Positions 28,954 through 38,830 of a stretch of 64,000 nucleotides of DNA are shown piece by piece (position 1 is the first letter of the stretch; the number at the start of each line of letters is the position of its first letter). The stretch lies in IMG/VR virus record IMGVR_UViG_3300042197_000370; one strand, 5' to 3'. Origin of the DNA: a virus. The translations under genes and the position numbers were made by a program. Under the pieces are notes generated by a model that did not search any database, was not told the DNA's origin, and saw nothing but the letters and a program-made list of their open reading frames with translations.

Positions 28954-29495
28954 ACCAATCCAAGTTTTTTATATGCTTGTTGTACTACGATTGCTTGCCT
29001 TTCCGCATCTTCGACGGCTTTGTGACTTGTGACATGTCCTCCGTCTTTGAGTTTAACTCCCGCAACTTCGTATAAAGTCCTAGTATCTCTAATAGTGTAA
29101 AAAGGCCAAGGAATAGGATTAGGCTTATCATTGAGTACCTGTCTAAAGGCTGTCTCAGCAACAACCACATCAAATGAAGCACCATTGCTCCAAACAGCAC
29201 GGCGGTTCCAACAAAACTTATAAAGGGTCTCCATGCACTCTCTAAATGATGTGCGTCCCCTGTCTCCCAATGCTTCTTCCAGTGCCTCAGGGCTCTGCTC
29301 AGACCACCAGCGTAAAGTATCATCGTTAATCACCCTATTGTATGTTTCAGTTTGCTCTTCAATGGTAGGACGCAATTCTAACTTCTGTATTACTCCAGTA
29401 CCTTTAGGATCAAATCTTACTGCGCCTATAGTTAATATAACACAATACGGAGACGTATCTAATGTCTCCATGTCAATCATTATGTCATTCGCCAT
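28950..29495 (-). CDS. DEDD 3'-5' exonuclease (DnaQ-like fold)
   Basis: IMIDMETL, WSNGASFD, IRDTRT and HKAVEDA motifs. Confidence 0.85.
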   Translation of the reverse strand: MANDIMIDMETLDTSPYCVILTIGAVRFDPKGTGVIQKLELRPTIEEQTETYNRVINDDTLRWWSEQSPEALEEALGDRGRTSFRECMETLYKFCWNRRAVWSNGASFDVVVAETAFRQVLNDKPNPIPWPFYTIRDTRTLYEVAGVKLKDGGHVTSHKAVEDAERQAIVVQQAYKKLGLV

Positions 29496-29496
29496 A

Positions 29497-29751
29497 TCAG
29501 TTTTGCCACATTTCCCACATTGTAATTAATCTACTAGACCACAGTGTTATTTGAACGTGCTTTCTACCGCCCATAAAGTCCCATCCATCACCGCGATCAC
29601 CAAAGTTTCTACGACACCAACTAATAACTTCTTTAGGATCACCCTTTACAGTAAATGTTACACCGTTTGTATCACGTGGGTTTTTACGTATAACATCTAC
29701 ATATTCAATTACGGGATGAAAGTTACCTAAACTAGGAAAATTATTTGCCAT
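29497..29751 (-). CDS. Small Trp-motif paralog (divergent)
   Basis: WCRRNFG...WEMW; probable start at 29751. Confidence 0.65.
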   Translation of the reverse strand: MANNFPSLGNFHPVIEYVDVIRKNPRDTNGVTFTVKGDPKEVISWCRRNFGDRGDGWDFMGGRKHVQITLWSSRLITMWEMWQN

Positions 29752-31789
29752 TACTTGTCCATACATTATCTATTTTAGTTACTTCTTCAATTATACTTGA
29801 ATCTAAATAATTTAGCAAGAGTGCTGGGCGTGGCCGATCTAGTGGATTGGGCATACTGCTATGTAATAGCCTGCAATTATACATTAATACGCATCCTTTG
29901 GGTAAAGTAGGCTGTAACATATTCTTTAAGAACCATTCATTATAATGCCCACGGTAACACAAGTTGATATCATGGTCTATCTTTTGACTGTGTGGTGCAA
30001 TACCTGTGCTAGCACTATTTCTATCCATATCATGTAATGCTACAATAACTTGTACACCTAATAAGTTTCTATCGTAATTCCACTTTCTAAAACGATGCGG
30101 GGTGTCTACATGTGGGCTAAACCAAGTCGAGTGCGAATCTATTGTTACAATATCACTTGCATAAAATTTAGCAGTCGGCAAATATTGTCTAACATATGCA
30201 CCTAAAATTTTATCAACCTCTTGCACTTCAGGCCAATCCATAACTGTTTGACTCCACCAAACACTTATGTTAGGTAGATTTTTTATATCATTACGCTCTG
30301 CATACTTTTTATCTCTACTACTAGCACGTACAGGATAGCATGTAGATAATTTAGATACTACTTTGTCAATAAGATCATTAGGTATAATATTATCTGTAAT
30401 GACATAACCCGGACCGTCTACTAAATCATTGATTACATTTTCTTGTAATGAGCCCGGAACGTAATAGTCCCCCGGAATAATACCCGCCTCCCAAATCTTT
30501 TCTAGTTCATTATGTAACTCAGGAATATAATCCTTAATGTGTCTGTTTCTAAATTTATCTGAATTAGTTATAAAATGTTTCCCCTGTGATAGATATGTTG
30601 AATCAATCAATTGTGGTTCTTCTAACCAACGCATAACAATTTTAATAGATTCTATCAATCCATGATTGATAGTCTCATTAGGATGTTCAGACAAATAGTT
30701 GTCGATAAAGTTCAATAACTCTTGTCCCTTAACTAAGCCTTGTTTTCTATATTCGGGAGTTAACAAACTTACTAAGGCATACAAGGGATGTGACACACGA
30801 TTTACAAAACATCCATTGTCATGCGCTAATGTTCCATCTATTTTTTTATACTCTAATCCTAAGTGCAACCAAAATTCAAATAAATCCATACACTGTATTG
30901 CGTTAAACAAACTAACTGTACAACTTAATCCTATACTGAATGTAGTTTTACTTGGGTCGTCCATACTTTCTTTCACCATAGAAAGAAAAGTTCTTAGATT
31001 GGATTCAATTTTTGACCACTTAAAAGGATATCTAATATACTCATTAGTTTTTTGGTACCCATCGATAGATACTGAAACATGGACTCTACCAAATTGTTTC
31101 CACAACTCAACTAACTCATCAGTGATCCCAGTTAGATTAGTTACATAACTAAGTCTAATTTTTTTACTACGGCCCTTTTCTATTAAAAGTTTTAGAAACT
31201 CAATATGCTCTTCTGATATAGTAGGTTCACCGCCTATTAAACTAATAGCAGTTACATTAGGAAAATCTTCTACTAATTTTTTAGCAGTAGTATCATCGAT
31301 GCAAATACGATTAAATTTAAATTGTTGCTCGGGCTTAATAGCCCATATTTTATTCCACTCTTCAGTCCAAAAGTCACTTAAGTCTGAACTACATGTCATG
31401 CACTTACTATTGCATTTCGTACCAAATGTTAAATCTAAGTAACGTATATCCTTTGCGTCAACATGATCGACTACCGGAATAACATGCTCTTGCAATCCTT
31501 TATTCCATATGGTACGCATTGATCCAATACCATTTTCCTCTGCTTCCTTACAGTTACCGCATGCTTCAGGCCATTCACCGTTAATTAATTCTTGACGTAA
31601 TTCTTTTAAATTAGATGCATTAATTCTTATATGAGGGTCTGCACCTAATACACCGTGATCATAATGACCGTCTTTATACATCTTCCAATGATTGGTTCTA
31701 ATACCACAACAAGGTATATACTCACCGTATGAGTTAATAGATGCTGATCCAAATGCTAAGGAACAGTATATAGGTTTTTTTACTTCCAT
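29741..31789 (-). CDS. Radical SAM (Twitch/SPASM-associated) protein fused to a PhyH-like 2OG-Fe(II) dioxygenase
   Basis: N-terminal C...PCC...CGNC cluster; CNSKCMTC; GGEP and YVTN; C-terminal PHVD...LHSS facial-triad motif. Confidence 0.8.
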   Translation of the reverse strand: MEVKKPIYCSLAFGSASINSYGEYIPCCGIRTNHWKMYKDGHYDHGVLGADPHIRINASNLKELRQELINGEWPEACGNCKEAEENGIGSMRTIWNKGLQEHVIPVVDHVDAKDIRYLDLTFGTKCNSKCMTCSSDLSDFWTEEWNKIWAIKPEQQFKFNRICIDDTTAKKLVEDFPNVTAISLIGGEPTISEEHIEFLKLLIEKGRSKKIRLSYVTNLTGITDELVELWKQFGRVHVSVSIDGYQKTNEYIRYPFKWSKIESNLRTFLSMVKESMDDPSKTTFSIGLSCTVSLFNAIQCMDLFEFWLHLGLEYKKIDGTLAHDNGCFVNRVSHPLYALVSLLTPEYRKQGLVKGQELLNFIDNYLSEHPNETINHGLIESIKIVMRWLEEPQLIDSTYLSQGKHFITNSDKFRNRHIKDYIPELHNELEKIWEAGIIPGDYYVPGSLQENVINDLVDGPGYVITDNIIPNDLIDKVVSKLSTCYPVRASSRDKKYAERNDIKNLPNISVWWSQTVMDWPEVQEVDKILGAYVRQYLPTAKFYASDIVTIDSHSTWFSPHVDTPHRFRKWNYDRNLLGVQVIVALHDMDRNSASTGIAPHSQKIDHDINLCYRGHYNEWFLKNMLQPTLPKGCVLMYNCRLLHSSMPNPLDRPRPALLLNYLDSSIIEEVTKIDNVWTSNGK

Positions 31790-32163
31790 CTTAATTCAGT
31801 CCACATTTTTTCTGCTTCATCACGCAAGTATATATTCATCTTGTGATCTTCTGTATGCCAGCACCAAGCAGGATTTAACTTTATACCTTCTGGATCCATA
31901 TCTTCCATGTACAGATATTGCTCACGCTCTACACTCATTCCCCAAGTCTCTATACACCAATCACGTATTTCGTTGAATGCTTTAATTTTTGGCGCTTTGT
32001 GCAGTGATATGACTTCAACCATATACTTGAAACTAGGGTAGCCAGTATAACGTGCATCCATCTTTACAAATTTAAATCTAACAGGACTATCTATCCTTAA
32101 AGGTTTAGACATTATTCTTGACGCTGATAATATTCGTTTTTTCATCACTGTGTTTATTCCCAT
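31780..32163 (-). CDS. Small Trp-motif paralog
   Basis: WCIETWG...YLRDEAEKMWTELRW. Confidence 0.7.
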   Translation of the reverse strand: MGINTVMKKRILSASRIMSKPLRIDSPVRFKFVKMDARYTGYPSFKYMVEVISLHKAPKIKAFNEIRDWCIETWGMSVEREQYLYMEDMDPEGIKLNPAWCWHTEDHKMNIYLRDEAEKMWTELRWK

Positions 32164-32375
32164 TTTAATTTAAGCCATATAGCATATTTTTCATCTACAA
32201 AGTTAAGTCGCACTTGTTTAGCAGTTAGCAAATTGTATTGATCATCATAAGTAGGTTGTTCATATGCAAATGTGTAGTCCGCATTTTTTACTAACTTCCA
32301 CTCATCAATAATCTTGAGTATATCATACATCTCATTGATATGTGATATCTCTATTACACATTCAGTCATTGCCAT
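32154..32375 (-). CDS. Small Trp-motif paralog
   Basis: FVDEKYAIWLKLKW C-terminus. Confidence 0.65.
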   Translation of the reverse strand: MAMTECVIEISHINEMYDILKIIDEWKLVKNADYTFAYEQPTYDDQYNLLTAKQVRLNFVDEKYAIWLKLKWE

Positions 32376-32599
32376 CTTAACTTAAACATGATACAATCAC
32401 GTTCATATCTGAATTTTACTTCAGCATACGATTCATACCAACGCCAACGTGCATGGCGATAAGGCATGTCAACGTTGTCACGTAGCCAGTCAAGAATATC
32501 AAAATATTTCTCATGGTCATCATTTATCAAATCTACAACTACTAGATGCCAACTTGAATTATCCCAATACTCAAAATTTAATCTTTCAGTATGCTCCAT
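32366..32599 (-). CDS. Small Trp-motif paralog
   Basis: WLRDNV...FRYERDCIMFKLRW. Confidence 0.7.
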   Translation of the reverse strand: MEHTERLNFEYWDNSSWHLVVVDLINDDHEKYFDILDWLRDNVDMPYRHARWRWYESYAEVKFRYERDCIMFKLRWQ

Positions 32600-32928
32600 A
32601 CTAATTGTTTATCCAAACACTCTGCTATTTTATCTGCTTCTTCTTTTGTTCTAGCGATCACACCTAATACAACATGACGCTTTTGTATTGCATCGGCTAA
32701 ATAACCTTGATAGTTCTGATAAAAATTAAGACTATCGATATACAATACATCCCAACCATCAAGACGTTGTATCATTAATCTAGCAATGTCTACATCACAT
32801 TTTTCAAACAGAAATCGTATTAACTTATCAAATCCATCACGTGTATGTATAGGTGTAAACTTATCAGTTGGCCATGTTACTGTCCAACCTTTAGGTGTTT
32901 CTTGTATGATGAATGGACTTACTGACAT
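32578..32928 (-). CDS. Hypothetical protein
   Basis: ORF track; overlaps both neighbours. Confidence 0.55.
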   Translation of the reverse strand: MSVSPFIIQETPKGWTVTWPTDKFTPIHTRDGFDKLIRFLFEKCDVDIARLMIQRLDGWDVLYIDSLNFYQNYQGYLADAIQKRHVVLGVIARTKEEADKIAECLDKQLVWSILKD

Positions 32929-33128
32929 GCTAAACTAAAGAATATCGCATCACGTTCTTCTTTAAAGATAAACTCCATGTAATCTTCATTAGGATGCGTA
33001 ATAAACTTGTCTCCCGGTAAACCAAATGTTTCTAGTGCATAGGCACATTTCTCGTCCCATCTGCTAATGGTATCACCATTCTTCCAATCTATTCTTACCG
33101 TATGTTTAAATTCAGTATCCCGTTTCAC
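32919..33128 (-). CDS. Small Trp-motif paralog
   Basis: ALETFG...FKEERDAIFFSL. Confidence 0.7.
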   Translation of the reverse strand: MKRDTEFKHTVRIDWKNGDTISRWDEKCAYALETFGLPGDKFITHPNEDYMEFIFKEERDAIFFSLACQ

Positions 33129-33840
33129 GTAATACTTCCTTAACTTGTTTTACAACTTCTGGGTTACGTTTGAATTTGACTGCCCACAATTCAGGATTAA
33201 TATAATCAACTATCATTTTCACCTGTGTCTCGTCTAGTTCATCTAAAAACTGTTTACCACTTTCACTCTGATATAGCATCCATGGACTAATTTTACCTGT
33301 AGTAATAGCATAACAAATTCTATTACGATTACCATATCTTAAAATATCTTTAGTAGAAATTTTTTCAGTAGGTGACATATTTATTAGTGTTTCTAAACTA
33401 CGTGCAATAGCATCCATTGCATCTTCTTCACGTAGATAACTTACTAGGAACTTTGTATAGTTTGTATCACTATTCCAGTTATCAATCTTTATTTTATTGT
33501 TAAGCAACCAATCAATATACCTGCTCACATTAACAACATTAACATCGGCACAATACGTACCAAATTTAACAAAGGCTATGTAATACGAACTTTTAATGAA
33601 GTCCGTATAATCACGTTTCTTTTTTGTAGCAGTGTTCTTTGTATAGAACTGTAGCCATGATTGGAATCCTATACGATTGCCTTGCTTATCTTTATCCTGC
33701 CATCTACGTTTAGATTCACAGATATGATTAAAGACCGTGGACTCACGCAAGAATGTGCGTCCACAAAACTCGCAACCAAACTCTTTAGTTGCCGCTATCT
33801 TTTTCGTATTGTTCGATTTCACTATTGCTAACGATGCCAT
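33112..33840 (-). CDS. Hypothetical protein with N-terminal zinc-finger-like motif
   Basis: CEFCGRTFLRESTVFNHIC. Confidence 0.7.
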   Translation of the reverse strand: MASLAIVKSNNTKKIAATKEFGCEFCGRTFLRESTVFNHICESKRRWQDKDKQGNRIGFQSWLQFYTKNTATKKKRDYTDFIKSSYYIAFVKFGTYCADVNVVNVSRYIDWLLNNKIKIDNWNSDTNYTKFLVSYLREEDAMDAIARSLETLINMSPTEKISTKDILRYGNRNRICYAITTGKISPWMLYQSESGKQFLDELDETQVKMIVDYINPELWAVKFKRNPEVVKQVKEVLRETGY

Positions 33841-34375
33841 TCAATATCTCAATCTCATCAAATTTTAAATTGGGGAATTTCTGTGCAAGATATACCTTGC
33901 GTGATTGTTCTTCGACAAAAGCCTGTGCTAACTCTTTGTGCGTATCCTCAGACTCTTTAGGATATATCTTACTGTAATATTCTTTAACGTCTTTAACTGT
34001 TGCCTTGTCTTTGAGTTTACTTACACGTTCTTTAATCTGAGGTATCCAAGGATGAAATTGTTTACCTTGTCCTAACCCAGCCGCACATAGCATCATCCAT
34101 TGCAATTTAGGATGATTGCCTACATTCTCATTGAACATATGCTTATTAGCAAACTCTTGGGTACTCAATAAATGAAACTGCTGTAACGCTGAACTTGATT
34201 TGACTGTGCTAGCATAGTGCAGTAACATCCATGGCACAAACTTCTTTTGTTGTTCGGGGGTAAGTCTATCATAGTACCCATAATCTTTATTATCGATTGC
34301 ATTGATCGCCTCAAAGAGTGGAAAGTCTACATTCTGAAATTTTTCGTCTGCTGGAGTCGAAGTTTTCTTTGCCAT
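33785..34375 (-). CDS. Clamp-loader small subunit-like protein (T4 gp62-like)
   Basis: LFEAINAID...FVPWML...ANKHMF...HPKLQW...VKEYY pattern resembles gp62. Confidence 0.55.
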   Translation of the reverse strand: MAKKTSTPADEKFQNVDFPLFEAINAIDNKDYGYYDRLTPEQQKKFVPWMLLHYASTVKSSSALQQFHLLSTQEFANKHMFNENVGNHPKLQWMMLCAAGLGQGKQFHPWIPQIKERVSKLKDKATVKDVKEYYSKIYPKESEDTHKELAQAFVEEQSRKVYLAQKFPNLKFDEIEILNGIVSNSEIEQYEKDSGN

Positions 34376-34875
34376 TAAAACACCTGACTATAATCTACGA
34401 TTTCACAATTTCTACTAATCTCTTTTACAAAGTAAACACATCTGGGTTTAGGACCATCATCAATGGGTACTGCTAGAAATTGTCCGTTACGTAGTCGGGG
34501 CGCATACCAAGTAACGTCATGATAGATATCCATAATCTCAATAGGTAAGAAACTAGGATTAAAACTGCTTAACGGATTAAACTCAAATACACTAAAGCCT
34601 CTGTCGTTCAAACTAGATAGTGGTAATGTTTCTAGGTCGCCGTGATCCTTTTCACCAATCAATACTTGCCAATCTACGGGCATCTTAATTGAACGATTAC
34701 CTATTCTTAATACTAGTGCAGGGCTACTGAAACTCTCTAAAAAGATTAATGGAATATAATGATAATCTACATTCTGCGGATTACTGTTATCCATTATAGC
34801 GAAACGAAGGTCGTCAATTTCTTCTGGCAACGTTTCTAAATTATAGTGTATGTTTTCTAAGGTTAATATTCTCAT
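34375..34875 (-). CDS. Conserved hypothetical protein
   Basis: ORF track; TTGACT-N17-TAGAAT promoter overlaps the end of uvsW. Confidence 0.7.
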   Translation of the reverse strand: MRILTLENIHYNLETLPEEIDDLRFAIMDNSNPQNVDYHYIPLIFLESFSSPALVLRIGNRSIKMPVDWQVLIGEKDHGDLETLPLSSLNDRGFSVFEFNPLSSFNPSFLPIEIMDIYHDVTWYAPRLRNGQFLAVPIDDGPKPRCVYFVKEISRNCEIVDYSQVF

Positions 34876-34899
34876 TTGATTATTCTATCATGTTTATTC

Positions 34900-36354
34900 T
34901 TAGTAGTCAAGTTTTTCCAAACTAAATGGATAGTTTGCTTCCTTGTAATATGCTTTTCTTTGTGTTAAGTGTCGTTTGGCAAACTTGCAGTCACTAGTTA
35001 TATCCCAAATCTCTACATGGTCCTTATCTTCAGCCTTTCTAATGCCTCGTCCAATACTTTGTATAACGCGGACAAAGCTCTTTCCGGGCTCAATAAGAAC
35101 CAAATTAAAAATCCTAGGGATATTAATACCCACACTGGCCACACCATAAGTCGCCACAATAATCTTGTTAGCACTAGTCTTAACTTCATCATATTCCTCT
35201 TTGCGTTCTGTCAATTTTGTTTCACCTGATATGAATACACTATCAGGTAGTCTATCAATTAGTTCTTTACCTGCGTTTACACGGTCTACTAGTACTAATG
35301 TATTACCACTATCTTTAATCTTGTCAATCAACTGTGCAATTTTATCTAATCGTTTTTCATCTTCAAGCAAATGCTTAAGTTCACTTTGATAATTACTGAA
35401 CTCTGCGCCGTCTTTTAACTGTACAATGTTCACGTGACATTGCGCCAATACACCCTTATCCTGTAACTCACTTGCACTTAACTTATTAATAACAGGACCT
35501 AAACTTACAAGTAGTGCAGTCTTTTCAAACTCTGCCTTAGGTATCGTTCCAGTAAGTCCCCATCGAATAGGTACATGACTGAATACCCCTGTCAACAATG
35601 TCTTAAGTGCATCAGCCTTAGCCATATGGACCTCGTCAACAATCAAGCAAACTACGTTCTCAATAAATTCACCAATGGATACATCAGCATCACCTGACTT
35701 TGTATTCTTTAGCAAATTGTTAAGACTTTGCCATGTGCATATAGTGTGTGTCTTTCCAAATTCTTTGCGATCACCAAAGTACACACCTACATCTAAACCC
35801 ATATTGATATAGTCTGCTTCTGTTTGTGTTACTAAACTTTTATTAGGCACAATGACAATACTACGCCCATAATACTCAATGCTTTTTGATAGTGCCGCAG
35901 TCATAATAGTCTTACCTGCGCCTGTAGCAACTTCTTGTAACGATTGTGGATTGGCTAAAAAGTTGTTAACAATCTCTACTTGATAGTCACGTAACATGAT
36001 TGGCTTACCTGCCATTACATGATCCTTAGGCCAAGTTTTATCTGCAAATGAATCCTCGGACACCTGAGCGAAATTGAATGTTGTTTGGTACTCTCGCATA
36101 TCATGCAATGATATGTCATAATCGTATTGCTCTAATATGGGTACGATATCAGTAAGTAAATTAATATAACTGCTACCACCTAAACTAAAGAAACTTACCT
36201 TGCCGTTCCAACGACCTAACTTGACGCTAGGTAAATATCTTGCACCGGGCACATCATATTCAAATTTCTTCATGCATGCTCTACGTGCATCAAGTTCTAG
36301 ACCCTCAATTTTTACATTGACTTCATCTTTAATTATTATTTTTGCTTCTCTCAT
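34900..36354 (-). CDS. uvsW: SF2 DNA helicase (T4 UvsW-like)
   Basis: LRDYQ, ATGAGKT, VDEVH, GLTGT, GINIPR and QSIGRGIR motifs. Confidence 0.9.
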   Translation of the reverse strand: MREAKIIIKDEVNVKIEGLELDARRACMKKFEYDVPGARYLPSVKLGRWNGKVSFFSLGGSSYINLLTDIVPILEQYDYDISLHDMREYQTTFNFAQVSEDSFADKTWPKDHVMAGKPIMLRDYQVEIVNNFLANPQSLQEVATGAGKTIMTAALSKSIEYYGRSIVIVPNKSLVTQTEADYINMGLDVGVYFGDRKEFGKTHTICTWQSLNNLLKNTKSGDADVSIGEFIENVVCLIVDEVHMAKADALKTLLTGVFSHVPIRWGLTGTIPKAEFEKTALLVSLGPVINKLSASELQDKGVLAQCHVNIVQLKDGAEFSNYQSELKHLLEDEKRLDKIAQLIDKIKDSGNTLVLVDRVNAGKELIDRLPDSVFISGETKLTERKEEYDEVKTSANKIIVATYGVASVGINIPRIFNLVLIEPGKSFVRVIQSIGRGIRKAEDKDHVEIWDITSDCKFAKRHLTQRKAYYKEANYPFSLEKLDY

Positions 36355-37364
36355 TTTACGTTTACCGGCCTTGAAATTTGTAATTTAATATATTTGGATA
36401 GTCGTTTACCTTTGTGGTGAGGTAGGTAATCTGTGGTATCTGTTAATTTTAGCATCACGGGATTTATTGCATCATCGTCAGTGTAAAATTTAGGATTAGT
36501 ACTGACTGATATATTTAGCGACTCAATCATGCTTGTTATCTCTCTTCGGGTATTTGCACCGCTAAGTCCACGCCCAAAATATACCATGTCTACATCAAGT
36601 TCCTTTAACCATACTAGAACTGTGGATAGGTTATCCAAATCAATAACAGTATTGAATTCAGATGCAAATATCTTTTTAGGATCATCACATGTTATAGACT
36701 TATCAATCGTAATACCATATTGCGATAAGTTAAATAATGTTTTAGGATTGTCATCAAAGTTTAAATCCTTTATATGATCGTATAGATATTGATTGATGGC
36801 TCCAACATAATAATTACCATTGGATTTTAAATATGTGGGCTTCCACACATCTGCCTCATAAGGTACTACTTGATTTAGTAACTCTATTACCTCAATACTG
36901 TAAGTTGTTGATTTAAAATATTTAGGCAATATAGTATTAGCAATCTTTAATGCATATGTGCTAAGTGGTGCTATATATTTTTTGTCATTCCTATTCCATT
37001 CGAATGAATTGTTTTCCATACTACGGAAATCAGAAATGAAATGTTTATTGAATGGAACCTTAAGCACTAAATTATTGCCCAATAAGAACACTTGTGCTCC
37101 TGTAAATTCGGGTGTGCTTTCTACGACAGGAGTGGTCCATGGAAGAGATTTTAACTCTTCTTTATCGAACCCCACTTTGCTAAACTGTTTGGAATACTTA
37201 CTGATTAATTTTTCAAACAATGCTTTTTGGTTTGTTGTTATTCTATGAAACTTAGCAATCAAGTATTCCAAATTGTGTAGGAACTTTTGATCATAGGTGC
37301 TTAGTTTAATTTCATGGTTCAAAAAATAATGTAGTAGATGTTCTTTGGACGCTAATTTCAACAT
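36351..37364 (-). CDS. Hypothetical protein
   Basis: Probable start MLKLASKE at 37364, below a TTGCTT-N17-TATTAT promoter; the track start lies inside the terminator. Confidence 0.7.
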   Translation of the reverse strand: MLKLASKEHLLHYFLNHEIKLSTYDQKFLHNLEYLIAKFHRITTNQKALFEKLISKYSKQFSKVGFDKEELKSLPWTTPVVESTPEFTGAQVFLLGNNLVLKVPFNKHFISDFRSMENNSFEWNRNDKKYIAPLSTYALKIANTILPKYFKSTTYSIEVIELLNQVVPYEADVWKPTYLKSNGNYYVGAINQYLYDHIKDLNFDDNPKTLFNLSQYGITIDKSITCDDPKKIFASEFNTVIDLDNLSTVLVWLKELDVDMVYFGRGLSGANTRREITSMIESLNISVSTNPKFYTDDDAINPVMLKLTDTTDYLPHHKGKRLSKYIKLQISRPVNVK

Positions 37365-37410
37365 CCTATAATAATAACAATTATCAGTAAGAAAAGCAAG
37401 TATAAAGGCA

Positions 37411-37437
37411 AAAAAAGGGGACCGAAGTCCCCTTTTT
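37411..37437 (-). terminator. Rho-independent terminator with cUUCGg tetraloop
   Basis: Minus strand AAAAAGGGGAC-TTCG-GTCCCCTTTTTT. Confidence 0.9.
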
Positions 37438-37454
37438 GTTGATTGAATCAACTG

Positions 37455-38492
37455 TTAGCGTTGACGCATAACAGTATTCTCAGCAAGCATCTTCCAGTTA
37501 GATTCGGACACTTTGACAAGGTCCGCAATCTTGAGGGCCATACGCAATGACAACTCACGCAACTTTGCCTTCTTGTCCCACATGAAGTTCAATACATCAT
37601 TAGCCTGCTCTTCAGTGAAATCATAGTCCTTGAACAGACCACCTGTATCAGTACTGTCACGATGGACCTGCTTGATACGCAACATCTTGTCACGCTCACT
37701 ATCAACAGTAAGGTCCAAAAAGTGACAACGTGACTGCAACGCCTCAAGATGGTCTTGCATCTTCTTAGACTTGACGTTCTCAAACTTCAAGTTAGTAATA
37801 AAGATAGCACTACCCTTGAATTCGAAACTGTCAGGGATGCCTTCACGGCGAAGCAAACTAGAATCACTATTCCAGCAAATCTTGCGGCGCTTGCCACTGT
37901 CAAGTGCGGCCTTGAGAATGTTCAATGATAACTCATCACCAAAAACGCTGTCGCAGTCATCGAACACTAGCACGTTCTTAGCATCACTATACTTGTACAA
38001 TTGAGCATAGAGGCCCAGTGCAGTCATAGCACCCTTGACAATTTCATAGCGAATACGCTTGCCAGCAATCTTGTCAAACATCACTGCCTTTTCTAATTGC
38101 TGTTCGACACCAAATGACTTGCCGACACCCGGGGGACCTGACACAATCATTGCGCGGATATCACCGTTGATACATGCGCGGCTCATTTCATCAAGAATCG
38201 CAAAACGTGTGCCAATGCGATCCATAGCCTGCTCATCAGTTTCCTGTACTGCCGGCGCTTTCTTAAATTCTACTGTCTGTGACAAAACGGGTTCCCCTTC
38301 TTTAAATTCAATATCGTTAATACTATCCACCTTGACCTTCACCACATCAATAGCGATGGGAAATTGGCCCTCGTTTTTAACTGTAACATAGTTACCTTTT
38401 TTACCTGTCTGAAAACCCTTAACAAGAGTGAAAGACTGGTTCACAACTGGCTTGTTGCGATACTCACCAAATTTAACAAGAATCGTTGACAT
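37455..38492 (-). CDS. AAA+ ATPase of unknown function
   Basis: Walker A SGPPGVGKS, Walker B VLVFDDCD, FITN sensor and ALQSRC arginine finger; probable start MSTILV at 38492. Confidence 0.85.
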   Translation of the reverse strand: MSTILVKFGEYRNKPVVNQSFTLVKGFQTGKKGNYVTVKNEGQFPIAIDVVKVKVDSINDIEFKEGEPVLSQTVEFKKAPAVQETDEQAMDRIGTRFAILDEMSRACINGDIRAMIVSGPPGVGKSFGVEQQLEKAVMFDKIAGKRIRYEIVKGAMTALGLYAQLYKYSDAKNVLVFDDCDSVFGDELSLNILKAALDSGKRRKICWNSDSSLLRREGIPDSFEFKGSAIFITNLKFENVKSKKMQDHLEALQSRCHFLDLTVDSERDKMLRIKQVHRDSTDTGGLFKDYDFTEEQANDVLNFMWDKKAKLRELSLRMALKIADLVKVSESNWKMLAENTVMRQR

Positions 38493-38504
38493 GTAATTAG
38501 TCCT

Positions 38505-38559
38505 GTGTTTCAGTTTCAATACTACGTATTATATAGCCAATCCGATTTATTGTCAAGCC
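38505..38559 (-). promoter_or_regulatory. Early promoter cassette F
   Basis: TTGACA (38551-38556), 17-bp spacer ATAAATCGGATTGGCTA, TATAAT (38528-38533). Confidence 0.85.
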
Positions 38560-38726
38560 GGGGCAAACATTTTTGCGCCCTCGGCCATAATGACACGGTA
38601 CGCTTCCATAGTTTTTATGGGCTGAGCCAATGGGTTCTTTTGAATGAATTGCATGGTTTCCAAGAAACCCAAACCCAAAAATTCTGCTTCTTTTCCAATC
38701 ACTTTAATCGCTGTTTCGATCTTCAT
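38553..38726 (-). CDS. Small hypothetical protein (57 aa), not in ORF track
   Basis: MKIETAIKVIGKEAEFLGLGFLETMQFIQKNPLAQPIKTMEAYRVIMAEGRKMFAPA; GGAG RBS; its TGA is the TGA of the next -35 box. Confidence 0.75.
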   Translation of the reverse strand: MKIETAIKVIGKEAEFLGLGFLETMQFIQKNPLAQPIKTMEAYRVIMAEGAKMFAPA

Positions 38727-38728
38727 TT

Positions 38729-38830
38729 TTTGCTCCGTTTCTCAACTGTCAATACATGTATTATACGCCCAAATCGATTTATTGTCAAGCCTTTTTCCAT
38801 AGAAAAAAGCCTATATAAATCAACGACTTA
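38729..38830 (-). repeat. Early promoter cassette A (motif + stem-loop + promoter + RBS)
   Basis: TAAGTCGTTGATTT, then a 9-bp hairpin (38789-38810), TTGACA (38783-38788)-N17-TATAAT (38760-38765) and AACGGAGC. Confidence 0.85.

Noticed and set aside
34375-34875. Possible degenerate Hint/intein-like domain
   Set aside because: Only a vague beta-strand pattern; no N-terminal C/S, TxxH or terminal HN motifs.
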